DNA of 64,000 nucleotides from Alphaproteobacteria bacterium (GCA_016297965.1 JAEDDP010000001.1:139347-203346), one strand, 5' to 3'. Shown: positions 1-9,442, numbered from the stretch's first letter. Notes: generated from the letters alone by a model not told the origin. Made by a program: numbers and translations.

Positions 1-94
1 CTAACGACAGTCCCGTGCCATTCTTTGGCACTTTGTACGGGCCTTTACCTGTACCGATTAAGATAATATTTAATAATGAATGTAAAATTAAGAA

Positions 95-123
95 TAAAAA
101 AACCTCTCAAACGAGAGGTTTTT
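95..123. terminator. Intrinsic terminator hairpin (bidirectional) downstream of pal
   Basis: aaaaaacctctcaaacgagaggttttt: GC-containing stem, short loop, A-run upstream and T-run downstream. Confidence 0.6.
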
Positions 124-143
124 GAATTACGAATGTAAAATCA

Positions 144-638
144 TTATTTTGCAATGATTGTTACATCACGACGATTCTTTGCGTATGCTTCTTCTGTATT
201 ACCAAGAACAGCAGGTTTATCCTTACCGTATGATACAGTTGTGATACGTTTTGCAGGAATACCCTGTGCAATCAAGTATCTTTTTGCAGCATTAGCACGT
301 TTTTCACCAAGAGCTTGGTTATATTTTCTTGTTCCACGTTCATCACAGTTTCCTTCAATAATGATGTTAACCTTTGGGAACATTTTCAACCATGCTGCTT
401 GTCTTTTCAAAGTTTTTGTTGCTTCGGCTGAAAGATTTGATTTGTCGTATGCAAAGTATACTGTGTTTCCAGCACGTGCGTTAAGATCTTCTTGTGAACC
501 AGCAACCAAACCCTTTACTTCTTCGGAGATGGAAGCTTCTGCACCATCATCAACGAATTCAGTTTCAGGAGCCTTTTCAGAACATGCAGCAAGTGCAAGA
601 ACACTAACTAATGCTAAACTTTTTAATGTTTTTTTCAT
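144..638 (-). CDS. pal: Peptidoglycan-associated lipoprotein Pal (OmpA-like C-terminal domain)
   Basis: Lipobox LALAAC after signal peptide; OmpA-like peptidoglycan-binding motif NQALGEKRANAAKRYL; size 164 aa typical of Pal. Confidence 0.85.
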   Translation of the reverse strand: MKKTLKSLALVSVLALAACSEKAPETEFVDDGAEASISEEVKGLVAGSQEDLNARAGNTVYFAYDKSNLSAEATKTLKRQAAWLKMFPKVNIIIEGNCDERGTRKYNQALGEKRANAAKRYLIAQGIPAKRITTVSYGKDKPAVLGNTEEAYAKNRRDVTIIAK

Positions 639-708
639 TTTGTTTTCCTTTCTTTGTGTTTAAACAAGCTTATTATCACATATTTTTGGATAAAAGACAA
701 GTCATTTT

Positions 709-2640
709 TTAGACTAAATTTTTTATTTCGTTTTGAAGCTTTTCAATAAAATCCTTTATAGTCAAAGTTTCCTGTGCATCGCTTCCAAGACGGCGGATTG
801 TAACAGTTTTGTCGCTTACTTCCTTGTCTCCGATTACGGCGATAACGGGAACCTTTGCTGTTGAATGTTGTCTAATCTTATAACTGATTTTTTCCTTGCT
901 TGTGTCAAGAATTGTTGAAATGCCAGCAGAACGCAATTCTTTATTTAATTGTTCCGCATATTCATTTGCATTTTCGGATACTGTGGCAATAGCAACTTGA
1001 ACTGGGGCAAGCCATAGTGGAAGACGGCCAGCAAAGTTTTCAATCAATATTCCTGTGAAACGTTCAAGACTTCCGAATAATGCACGGTGAAGCATAATTG
1101 GACGATGTTTTTCACCGTCTTGACCGATATAATTCAAATCAAAACGTTCAGGAAGGTTCATATCAACCTGTAATGTACCACATTGCCAATCACGACCGAT
1201 TGCATCGCGAAGAACGAATTCCAACTTTGGACCATAGAATGCACCTTCACCAGGGAAGATTGTGTATGCATATCCGTGATGTTCAAGAGCATTTGCAAGT
1301 GATTTTTCGGTCATATCCCAAATTTCATCGGAACCAATACGTTTTTCAGGACGTGTTGAAAGTTTGATACGAATATTTGAGAATCCGAATTCCTTATAAA
1401 TTTCCATTATAAGTTTTATAACTTTTACACACTCTTCTTCCATTTGTTCCTTTGTACAGAAGATGTGGGCATCGTCTTGGGTAAATTCACGAACACGAAG
1501 AAGTCCATGAAGTGCGCCGGATGCTTCGTATCTGTTTACCTTTCCAAATTCAGCCATACGGATTGGCAAATCACGATAGCTTCGGATACCCTGTTTGAAA
1601 ATCAAAACTCCACCTGGGCAATTCATTGGTTTTACGGCGAATTCAGTATCTTCGTCCTGTACGGTTGCAGTATACATATTATGTTTATATTTATCCCAAT
1701 GTCCGGATGTTTCCCAAAGGCAACGATTCATAATTGTTGGGGTGGAAACCTCAATATAACCATTGTTTGATTGTTTGTTTCGCATATATGAAATAAGTTT
1801 TTGGAAAAGGGTCCAACCATTTGGATGCCAGAAAACAGCACCAGGGGCATAATCAGGTTCAAAGTGGAATAAATCCATTGCAACACCAATTTTTCTGTGG
1901 TCGCGTTTTTCGGCTTCTTCCTGCATCTTTATATATTCTTCAAGTGCAGATTTTGTAGTCCAAGCAGTTGCATAAATTCTTTGCAACATTTTATTTTTAA
2001 CATCACCACGCCAGTATGCACCTGCGATAGATGTTATTTTAAATGTATCAGTTCCAAGCTTTGATGTGGATGGAAGATGTGGACCACGGCATAGGTCGGT
2101 GAAATCTCCCTGTGTATAAAGGCTTACCTGTGTAATGCCATTTTTTTCCAAATCATCAATCAATTCAACCTTGTAATTTTCATTAAGTTTAAGGAAGAAT
2201 TTTTTTGCATCGGATGTTGAAAGGTCCTGTCTTGAAAATGGAAGGTTTTCACTTACGATTTTTGCCATTTCCTTTTCAATTTTTGGAAAATCTTCGGATG
2301 AAATTTTTGTTTCGCAATCAATATCATAATAGAAACCATTTTCAATGGATGGTCCGATTGCAAGCTTTGCCGTTGGAAACAATCTTTTAATTGCCTGTGC
2401 CATAATGTGTGCGGCAGAATGTCTTAAAAGAGGAAGTACTTCGGCTTCATCCTTTGCGGTGATTATTTTAATTGTACCATCGGTTTCAATTTTTGCATTT
2501 AGGTCAAGGTATTTATCATCAAGCTTTATAAACAAAGCAGATTTTGCAAGGGATGGTGATATTGAATTTGCAATATCAAAACCACTTACTCCATTTTCAA
2601 AATCTTTTTGTTTTCCATCTGGGAAAGTAATTTTAATCAT
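709..2640 (-). CDS. thrS: Threonyl-tRNA synthetase
   Basis: 643 aa; TGS/second additional domain/class II catalytic core/anticodon-binding architecture with conserved class II motifs (e.g. FRRE, GGAFYGPK-like, HRAxxGS). Confidence 0.95.
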   Translation of the reverse strand: MIKITFPDGKQKDFENGVSGFDIANSISPSLAKSALFIKLDDKYLDLNAKIETDGTIKIITAKDEAEVLPLLRHSAAHIMAQAIKRLFPTAKLAIGPSIENGFYYDIDCETKISSEDFPKIEKEMAKIVSENLPFSRQDLSTSDAKKFFLKLNENYKVELIDDLEKNGITQVSLYTQGDFTDLCRGPHLPSTSKLGTDTFKITSIAGAYWRGDVKNKMLQRIYATAWTTKSALEEYIKMQEEAEKRDHRKIGVAMDLFHFEPDYAPGAVFWHPNGWTLFQKLISYMRNKQSNNGYIEVSTPTIMNRCLWETSGHWDKYKHNMYTATVQDEDTEFAVKPMNCPGGVLIFKQGIRSYRDLPIRMAEFGKVNRYEASGALHGLLRVREFTQDDAHIFCTKEQMEEECVKVIKLIMEIYKEFGFSNIRIKLSTRPEKRIGSDEIWDMTEKSLANALEHHGYAYTIFPGEGAFYGPKLEFVLRDAIGRDWQCGTLQVDMNLPERFDLNYIGQDGEKHRPIMLHRALFGSLERFTGILIENFAGRLPLWLAPVQVAIATVSENANEYAEQLNKELRSAGISTILDTSKEKISYKIRQHSTAKVPVIAVIGDKEVSDKTVTIRRLGSDAQETLTIKDFIEKLQNEIKNLV

Positions 2641-2720
2641 TTTTTCGCCTTTTATTATTTATTGTAATATCCATATATTATAGATATTTAAAAATGAAAG
2701 GCAAGGGGAAAAGTGGGTTT

Positions 2721-4583
2721 TTATCGTACAACTATGTAAGTCATTATTGCCTTAAATATTTTGGCGGGGATTGTTCCACCATAACTTGAACTGCTCATTG
2801 GAGTGTTGTTATCGTTTCCAATCCAAATTCCGGTTATGTATTTGGGAGTATAGCCAATGAACCAAGCGTCCCTGTTATTTTGGCTTGTTCCGGTTTTTCC
2901 GTATATTGTTTCGCCGGCAATGTTGGCGTTGGCACCGGTACCGCCTTCTATTACACTTTTAAGCATAGAATTCATATAATTCGTGTATTTTTCGGAAATT
3001 ATTGTTCCAACACCGCTTCCGTGGCGGGAATATATAACCTCACCACTTGGGGTTGTGATTTCGTTTATTGTGTGTGGAATTACACCCTTTCCATTATTTG
3101 CAAATGTGGCGTAGGCGGATGTAAGGTCCATAAGTGTTGTTTCAGAGGTGCCAAGGATGATTGAATAATCATTGCTTAGTTTGTCAACAAGTCCCAATTT
3201 TTGGGCGGTTTTTATTATGTTTTTAAGTCCAATCTTTTTTGCAATTTGTACCGGAACTGTGTTTAATGATTTTTCAAGGGCGGTTTTCATTGTAACCGGT
3301 CCTAAATACTTTTCATCGTGGTTTCGTGGGGTCCAATCGCCAATGGAGGTTGGTTTGTCATCAAATATGTCCGTTGGGGTAAGTCCGGATTCAAGTCCCG
3401 CAAGATATACGAATGGTTTGAAGATTGAACCCGGTTGTCGTTTCATCTGACTTGCACGGTTGAATTGGGTTTGGCTGTAATCACTTCCACCGATAAGTCC
3501 AAGTATTTCACCGTCTGTATTCATTATTACGGTGGCAATTTGTGAAAAGTTGTATTTTTCGCCGTCATTTTCAAGGTAAGTTTTTGTAATGTTTTCGGCG
3601 GTTTTTTGGATTTTTGAATCCAATGTCGTGTGTATTATAATATCCGTTGAAATATCACCGATAAGGGAATTAAAGCTGTCCATTGTGTAGTCAATGAAAT
3701 AACGGGTTTGATTAAAGTTTGTGTCCTGTTTTTCATATTTGTAATTCATTGCAGTAATATATTCGTCTTCGGTAATATAGTTTTGTTCCCGCATAAGTTT
3801 AAGGACAACCTTCATTCGCGAAATAGAAGCATCAGGATTTTTTGCCGGATTTAGTTTTGATGGTGCGCGAAGCATTCCCGCAAGTATTGCAGATTCCGCG
3901 ATGTTTATATCGTATATTGATTTTCCAAAGATACTTTCGGCGGCAATTGCAATTCCATATTTGCCACCAACCAATGAAATGCGGTTAAGATACAAAGATA
4001 AAATCTGATTTTTTGTGAATTTATGTTCCAACCAAAGGGTTATCATAACTTCTTGAAGTTTTCGTTTGATGGATCGTTCCTTTGAAAGGAAAACATTTTT
4101 TGCAAGTTGTTGTGTGATGGAGCTTCCACCTTGGGCGGTACGGTTTGCCTTTATATTATTATATATGGCGCGAAGAAGTCCGTGAATGTCAACGCCAAAG
4201 TGTGAAAAAAACCTTTTGTCTTCGGTGGCGATGACTGCTTGCCAAACGTGTTTTGGAAGTTTTTCAACCTCTACCGTATTGCCGTACATATCATTTATTG
4301 CGGTGATTTTTTCATCGTTGCGGTCAAGTATAGTAATGCTTGGAGAACGGGTTTTGTTTGTTATGTGTTCAATATTTGGAAGGGTTAGTGCCAAATATAA
4401 AATTACGATGGAAAGGGCAATACCCGCCCAAATGCCAAGGATAAAAAGATAGTAAAACAAGGCCTTTAATATAGGATGTGATGAGTCTCCATCGTACCCC
4501 CTTATTTTTCCGCGAACCGCAGGACCACAATGGTATGCCTTGCATCCACGGGAAAGATTGTATTTAAACCTTGTCAGTTTCAT
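2721..4583 (-). CDS. Class A penicillin-binding protein (transglycosylase + transpeptidase), membrane anchored
   Basis: N-terminal TM anchor, GT51 motifs (EDKRFFSHFGVD, RAPSKLNP), transpeptidase SxxK (GSIFKP), SLN and KTG motifs. Confidence 0.85.
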   Translation of the reverse strand: MKLTRFKYNLSRGCKAYHCGPAVRGKIRGYDGDSSHPILKALFYYLFILGIWAGIALSIVILYLALTLPNIEHITNKTRSPSITILDRNDEKITAINDMYGNTVEVEKLPKHVWQAVIATEDKRFFSHFGVDIHGLLRAIYNNIKANRTAQGGSSITQQLAKNVFLSKERSIKRKLQEVMITLWLEHKFTKNQILSLYLNRISLVGGKYGIAIAAESIFGKSIYDINIAESAILAGMLRAPSKLNPAKNPDASISRMKVVLKLMREQNYITEDEYITAMNYKYEKQDTNFNQTRYFIDYTMDSFNSLIGDISTDIIIHTTLDSKIQKTAENITKTYLENDGEKYNFSQIATVIMNTDGEILGLIGGSDYSQTQFNRASQMKRQPGSIFKPFVYLAGLESGLTPTDIFDDKPTSIGDWTPRNHDEKYLGPVTMKTALEKSLNTVPVQIAKKIGLKNIIKTAQKLGLVDKLSNDYSIILGTSETTLMDLTSAYATFANNGKGVIPHTINEITTPSGEVIYSRHGSGVGTIISEKYTNYMNSMLKSVIEGGTGANANIAGETIYGKTGTSQNNRDAWFIGYTPKYITGIWIGNDNNTPMSSSSYGGTIPAKIFKAIMTYIVVR

Positions 4584-4588
4584 ATTTT

Positions 4589-5443
4589 TTATTTTACCAT
4601 CTTTTTTTGTATTTTATATGCCTGTACGGTGTTTTTTAAAAGCATTGCAATTGTCATTGGTCCAACCCCACCAGGGACAGGTGTGATAAATTTTGCCACC
4701 TTTGAAACATTATCAAAATCAACATCACCAACCCAACGATTGTTTTTTGTGTCGCGGTTCATTGCAACGTCAATTACTGTTACCCCCTTTTTTACATATT
4801 TTTTGCCAATAAATTTTGGCTTTCCAACGGCGGAAATAAGTATATCTGCATTTGCCGTAATTTCAGCCAAATTCTTTGTTTTTGAATGACAAATTGTAAC
4901 GGTGGCATCTTCGTTTAATAAAAGTTGTGCCATTGGTTTACCAACAATGTTTGAACGTCCAATAACCACCGCATTTTTTGATGCAATATTTACTTTGTAT
5001 TGTTTTAAAAGCTCAATAATACCAAGTGGTGTGCATGGGGTAAGAGCAGGTTTACCAATGGAAAGTAAGCCCTTATTATATATAGTAAAACCATCAACAT
5101 CCTTTTCCGGAGCAATGGCATTTATAACACTGAACTCGTTTATATGTGAAGGCAGTGGAAGTTGAACCAAAATTCCGTTAATATGTTTATCCTTATTCAA
5201 TTTTTTGATTTGTTTTAAAAGTTTTTCTTCTGTAATATCTTCGGGAAGGCGGATTGTTTCGGATTTTATTCCAACCTCAGATGCGTACTTTTCCTTGTTT
5301 TTCACATATATTTGTGATGCAGGATTATTTCCAACCAAAATAACCCTTAATTCAGGTTTTGTTTTAAGGTTTTGAATTTCACGTTTTAATTCCAATCTTA
5401 TTTTTTGTGCAGTCTTTTTTCCATCAATAATTTTTGCTGTCAT
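4589..5443 (-). CDS. folD: Bifunctional methylenetetrahydrofolate dehydrogenase/cyclohydrolase
   Basis: 284 aa; conserved FolD motifs ([38 protein letters not shown]). Confidence 0.95.
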   Translation of the reverse strand: MTAKIIDGKKTAQKIRLELKREIQNLKTKPELRVILVGNNPASQIYVKNKEKYASEVGIKSETIRLPEDITEEKLLKQIKKLNKDKHINGILVQLPLPSHINEFSVINAIAPEKDVDGFTIYNKGLLSIGKPALTPCTPLGIIELLKQYKVNIASKNAVVIGRSNIVGKPMAQLLLNEDATVTICHSKTKNLAEITANADILISAVGKPKFIGKKYVKKGVTVIDVAMNRDTKNNRWVGDVDFDNVSKVAKFITPVPGGVGPMTIAMLLKNTVQAYKIQKKMVK

Positions 5444-5509
5444 TTGTATTTTCCCTTTAATGTTTAAAGTATATCAAATTTTATAATGTTTTAAAAGAAT
5501 TTTTTAACC

Positions 5510-5540
5510 CTTGAAAATTTTTGTTTTTAAGATTATCTAT
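5510..5540 (+). promoter_or_regulatory. Candidate heat-shock (sigma32/RpoH-type) promoter upstream of grpE
   Basis: CTTGAAA -35-like element (5510-5516), ~14 nt spacer, then gattatctat -10-like element; located 30-60 nt upstream of the grpE start. Confidence 0.3.
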
Positions 5541-5572
5541 TATTGTGTAATCAAATAGAAAGGATTTATTGA

Positions 5573-6217
5573 ATGTCAAAGAAAAATAAAAATCACGAAG
5601 ACAAAAGCAAATATTTTGAATTTGGTAAAAATGGGGAACAAAGGGTTGATGAAAATAAAGAATGCAAATGTTCCACAGAAAGTGATGCTTTGGATAATGA
5701 AAATTCTTCGGAATGTGATTGTGGTGAAGGTTGTAAGTGTGCCAAAAAGGGATGTGAAAAGGAAGTTGATTTGATAAACAACCTTAAAGCACAGGTTGAA
5801 GAATGGCAAAATAAATACCTTCGTGCGTATGCCGATGCGGAAAATTCAAAAAGACGTGCGGAAATTGATGCGAAAAATCTTGTTGATTACAAAATTTCAT
5901 CTTTTGCAAAGGATATGATACCACTTGCGGATAATCTTGCCCTTGCAATTTCTTCTATAAAGGGAAAGGTGGATGATGGGGTTTTGACCGGACTTTCATC
6001 CATACAGGATGGCTTTTTAAAGGCACTTGCCCATAATGGAATCGTAAAAATTGAAACGGTTGGAAAAGAGTTGAACCCTTTGGAACATAGGGTTGTTGCA
6101 CAGGTTGAATCCGATGAAAAACCAGAAACTATTGTTCAGGAATTTCAGGCTGGATACAAGATTGGTGATAAGGTAATACGTGAGGCAATGGTTGCAACAG
6201 CTAAACCTAAAAAATAG
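5573..6217 (+). CDS. grpE: Nucleotide exchange factor GrpE with an unusual ~60-aa Cys-rich N-terminal extension
   Basis: C-terminal 150 aa carry GrpE signature (YLRAYADAENSKRR ... coiled coil ... beta domain); N-terminus carries 9 Cys in CKC/CDCGEGCKCAKKGC arrangement. Confidence 0.85.
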   Translation: MSKKNKNHEDKSKYFEFGKNGEQRVDENKECKCSTESDALDNENSSECDCGEGCKCAKKGCEKEVDLINNLKAQVEEWQNKYLRAYADAENSKRRAEIDAKNLVDYKISSFAKDMIPLADNLALAISSIKGKVDDGVLTGLSSIQDGFLKALAHNGIVKIETVGKELNPLEHRVVAQVESDEKPETIVQEFQAGYKIGDKVIREAMVATAKPKK

Positions 6218-6566
6218 TTATGTATCCGGAAAGTTTGCCGAATTTATAGCCAAGTGTTATTTAGGATTGCTTGGCTATTTTGTTATTGCATCAAGGTACA
6301 GTGTTGGGCGTGGCCTTAGTGCCGGTGAGGTTGATATTATTGCCAAAAGGGGTAAGACGATAGTTTTTATTGAAGTTAAAAAGCGGGCGACTTTGCCACT
6401 TGCGATGGAGTCAATTTTTTCACGACAACAGGCAAGGATTTATAATTCGGCGGAGGTGTTTATCGCCAAACATCCCAAATATGCTTCCTTTGATTGTCGT
6501 TTTGATGCGATTTGTTTTAATAAATATTACTTTTTCCGGCATATAAAAAATGCCTGGGGATTTTAG
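6180..6566 (+). CDS. yraN: YraN family (UPF0102) predicted endonuclease; true start probably downstream of the listed ORF start
   Basis: GEVDIIAKRGKTIVFIEVKKR motif typical of YraN/UPF0102; ORF start overlaps the grpE end in another frame. Confidence 0.65.
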   Translation: MRQWLQQLNLKNSYVSGKFAEFIAKCYLGLLGYFVIASRYSVGRGLSAGEVDIIAKRGKTIVFIEVKKRATLPLAMESIFSRQQARIYNSAEVFIAKHPKYASFDCRFDAICFNKYYFFRHIKNAWGF

Positions 6567-6631
6567 GAATATTGTATTATTGCAAGTTATTCTCTTTTAT
6601 TATAATTTTCCAATGAATTGAGGAATATTAT

Positions 6632-7189
6632 ATGAGAACGAAATTGTTTTTACTTTTCTTTTTAGGTATGTTCGTTTTTTCATCTTTTGATGCAAAGGCA
6701 GTGTCTTTTTATTTGGGGACTGGACTTGGTGATTCAAAGGGTAGGGTTGAACATCTTCACCTTGATGATAAGCACGCCTTTGTCTTTTCCATTGGTTCAC
6801 ATTTTAATATTCCTCTTTTCCCCGTTAGGACTGAAATTGAATATTTTAATGCCAAAATGCAAAAGGATGAAATTGGTGATGCAAAGCTTATTGGATACAG
6901 TCTTAACACCTATGTCAATATTCCACTTCTTCCTATATTGGTGCCGTATGTTGGTATTGGATTGGGTACGATGAAGGAAAAGTTTAATAGTGGGGTTTTA
7001 GATTTTTCCAGACAATCAAATTGGAATTTTGTTCCGCAATATATGGTCGGTATTGATTTGGATTTGCCGACTGTACCGGTTGCCGGAAGTATGGAGTATC
7101 GGTATATTGAAAGAAAGTTTGATTTTGATGTGGCGGATTTGAAATCAAAATATCATATCTTTATGTTTAAGGCGCGGGTGAAATTTTAA
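6632..7189 (+). CDS. Small outer-membrane beta-barrel protein (OMP_b-brl / Omp25-like), paralog 1
   Basis: Signal peptide, alternating amphipathic beta-strands, C-terminal aromatic residue (KARVKF); clear paralogy with the next gene. Confidence 0.7.
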   Translation: MRTKLFLLFFLGMFVFSSFDAKAVSFYLGTGLGDSKGRVEHLHLDDKHAFVFSIGSHFNIPLFPVRTEIEYFNAKMQKDEIGDAKLIGYSLNTYVNIPLLPILVPYVGIGLGTMKEKFNSGVLDFSRQSNWNFVPQYMVGIDLDLPTVPVAGSMEYRYIERKFDFDVADLKSKYHIFMFKARVKF

Positions 7190-7290
7190 AAAATTTGGAC
7201 TTTTTACTTAAATATTGACTATATTTATTCTTTCTTTTATAATTTATTTAGGATTTAGGTCCTATATTTAAACTATAAAGGAGAATTTAT

Positions 7291-7815
7291 ATGAATAAAA
7301 AATTATTGTCCGCAAGTTTGATGATTGCATTGTTTGCAGGTTCAGTTCAGGCAGATGCTTTTTATATTGGTGCAGGTCTTGGTTCATCAAAAATTAAGAT
7401 AAAAGAAGAAGATCAATCCGGTGATAAGGATACTGCGTATACTCTTTCAACTGGTTTAAGCATTCCATTGCCATTTATTCCTGTACGTGGTGAAGTTGAA
7501 TTATCACAATTTAAATCTGATGATGTTAAATCACAGGCAGTTGCTGCAAATGCCTATGTTGGTCTTCCATTACTTCCAATCGTAAAACCATACGTTGGTT
7601 TCGGTTTGGCAGATATGAGATTGAAATCAGGTTCAGACAAGACAGATTGGAAAGTTGTTCCACAATATATGGTTGGTTTGGATGTTGATTTACCACTTAT
7701 CCCTGTGGCTGGTGGTATTGAATACAGATATATTGACACATCATTTGAAGATGGTGGTGATAAAATTGATACAAAAATTCAAACCGTTCTTGTAAAAGGT
7801 AGAATTAAATTTTAA
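7291..7815 (+). CDS. Small outer-membrane beta-barrel protein, paralog 2
   Basis: Signal peptide ending AGSVQA; shared blocks with 6632-7189 (VPQYMVG(I/L)D(L/V)DLP..PVAG..EYRYI); ends KGRIKF. Confidence 0.7.
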   Translation: MNKKLLSASLMIALFAGSVQADAFYIGAGLGSSKIKIKEEDQSGDKDTAYTLSTGLSIPLPFIPVRGEVELSQFKSDDVKSQAVAANAYVGLPLLPIVKPYVGFGLADMRLKSGSDKTDWKVVPQYMVGLDVDLPLIPVAGGIEYRYIDTSFEDGGDKIDTKIQTVLVKGRIKF

Positions 7816-7841
7816 TCAAAAATTAAAAAAATTTTGGTTGG

Positions 7842-7865
7842 AACCGTCCTGAAATATGGGCGGTT
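7842..7865. terminator. Intrinsic terminator; member of a recurring CACCGCC/GGACGGTG stem family (inverted orientation)
   Basis: aaccgtcctgaaatatgggcggtt followed by T-run. Confidence 0.5.
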
Positions 7866-7946
7866 TTTTATTGTAAAAAAATGCTTGTTATATACATTAA
7901 ATTATGGTATAATTAAAGGAGAATGTATTAGGAAAAGGAGAAAAAT

Positions 7947-8348
7947 ATGTCTATATTCAAATTCTTAACAAAAAAATCCACTGTGCTTTGTTTGGGACTT
8001 TTGGTTTTGTTTTCCGTTGTTGTGCCGGCAGATGTTTGGGCGCAAGCTTCAACTGCAAGTTTTAGTACCGGCCCATTCCAGGAGTTTTTGAAACGTGCAT
8101 CAAAATTATTTATGCAAACAAGAAATGCTTTGTTCGTTGTGGCTGCATTTGCATTTATTGCCTATGCTTGGACTGCAATTCAAAAAGGTAGTGTTGACTG
8201 GGATAAGATTTTCTATTTAATCGTTGGACTTACAATACTTGGTGTTGCAGGTTGGGTTGTTAGTTATATGGCAGACCCAAAGGGGGGTGCAAATGTTATT
8301 ATGGAAGATTATAAAGGTTTACAAAATACCCAGGGATGGGATGATTAA
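7947..8348 (+). CDS. Possible TrbC/VirB2-type T4SS pilin (orphan)
   Basis: 133 aa; long K-rich signal peptide with AxA-like cleavage (VWA-Q); mature part has two ~20-aa hydrophobic helices separated by a short polar loop, the classic VirB2 topology; no other vir genes adjacent. Confidence 0.4.
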   Translation: MSIFKFLTKKSTVLCLGLLVLFSVVVPADVWAQASTASFSTGPFQEFLKRASKLFMQTRNALFVVAAFAFIAYAWTAIQKGSVDWDKIFYLIVGLTILGVAGWVVSYMADPKGGANVIMEDYKGLQNTQGWDD

Positions 8349-8438
8349 AGAAAGTTTCTTTACTTAAAAAAAATCCTCCATATTTGATGGGGGATTTTTT
8401 GTTGGTGAAAAAGTAAATTCTGTTTGAAATAAAAAAAA

Positions 8439-8470
8439 CACCGCCCAATTGGACGGTGAATTTTGTTTTT
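8439..8470. terminator. Intrinsic terminator of the CACCGCC...GGACGGTG family
   Basis: caccgcccaattggacggtg followed by ttttgttttt; same stem as at 13279-13300. Confidence 0.5.
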
Positions 8471-8485
8471 ACCACAGTGGGTAAA

Positions 8486-8902
8486 TTATTTTGCCTCAGC
8501 CATAGGTGCAGGAGCAGGCATATCTTTCATACAGCCAGCCTTTTTACATCTGCCCTTGCCACAGTTACAATCTGGTTTGCCCATTTTTTCACATGGACAT
8601 GGTCCCTTTGGTCCTCTTTTATGGCATGGACCAACAGCAACCAAAGTTGCAAATACTGTTGCGGCAATAACGATAAGCAAAACAATAAAGCTTTTTACAC
8701 GATTACAGTTGCAACCGCAAACTGAACATTTGCAATCACATCCACAGTTGCATCCGCATTCGCATTTTTTATCAGTTGCAGGCATAGCTTCCTTTACAAC
8801 TGGTTTTGTTGTTTTTACTGATTTTACAGCCTTTACTGACTTAACAGATTTTTCTGTCTTTTTTGTAGCAGGCTTTTTTGAGGTTGTTTTTTTAGCTACC
8901 AT
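8486..8902 (-). CDS. Lysine-rich / cysteine-rich single-pass membrane protein (metallothionein-like CxC clusters)
   Basis: Strong SD (aaggagag) before ATG; N-terminal H1-like KKPATKK/KSVKAVKSVK tract; CECGCNCGCDCKCSVCGCNCN cluster; TM helix; second cluster CNCGKGRCKKAGC resembling the GrpE N-terminal module. Confidence 0.65.
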   Translation of the reverse strand: MVAKKTTSKKPATKKTEKSVKSVKAVKSVKTTKPVVKEAMPATDKKCECGCNCGCDCKCSVCGCNCNRVKSFIVLLIVIAATVFATLVAVGPCHKRGPKGPCPCEKMGKPDCNCGKGRCKKAGCMKDMPAPAPMAEAK

Positions 8903-8977
8903 AGTTCTCTCCTTTTGTTGTTTGACAATCCTTACTTTCTAAATTAAACTAAAAGTAAATCTAATTGGAGTATAACA

Positions 8978-9442
8978 TTGCAAAATAATATTTTCAATAC
9001 ATTAAAGCAAAAATATTTTACAACAGAAAAGAGGTTTTTGGGTATAGATTTTGGTACGGTGAATATTGGTGTGGCGGTTTCCGATGTGGGACGTCAAATT
9101 GCTAGTCCGTATGCGATGCTTAAAAATAAAAGTTATAAAGATTTGTTTCCGGAAATTTTACAAATTGTGAAGGAAATGGATGTTGGGGCAATTATTATTG
9201 GACTTCCCCTTCAAATGAATGGAGAGGAGGGTGAAACCGCATCAAAGGCCCGAGAGTTTGGGCGGTTGCTTGGTAAGGCGATACCGTTTGTTGATATTGC
9301 ATTTATTGATGAAAGAATGACATCGGGGATGTCCGAAAAAATGCTTATCCGTGATTTTGATTTAAGTCGGAAAAAAAGAAAGGCGATACTTGATAAGGTA
9401 TCGGCGGCGGAAATTTTGCAACGTGCGTTGGATGCATTTTAA
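8978..9442 (+). CDS. yqgF: YqgF/RuvX-like putative Holliday junction resolvase / pre-16S rRNA nuclease
   Basis: LGIDFGTVNIGVAVSD N-terminal motif and IIIGLP..MNGEEGE motif of the YqgF/RNase H-like fold. Confidence 0.85.
   Translation: MQNNIFNTLKQKYFTTEKRFLGIDFGTVNIGVAVSDVGRQIASPYAMLKNKSYKDLFPEILQIVKEMDVGAIIIGLPLQMNGEEGETASKAREFGRLLGKAIPFVDIAFIDERMTSGMSEKMLIRDFDLSRKKRKAILDKVSAAEILQRALDAF

Noticed and set aside
154-663. 169-aa plus-strand ORF
   Set aside because: Entirely antisense to the well-supported pal gene; low-complexity translation with no motifs
8463-8942. 159-aa plus-strand ORF overlapping the Cys-rich gene
   Set aside because: Antisense to 8486-8902, which has a strong RBS and a coherent repeat/TM architecture; the plus-strand product is a mirror artefact of the Cys/Lys codon repeats
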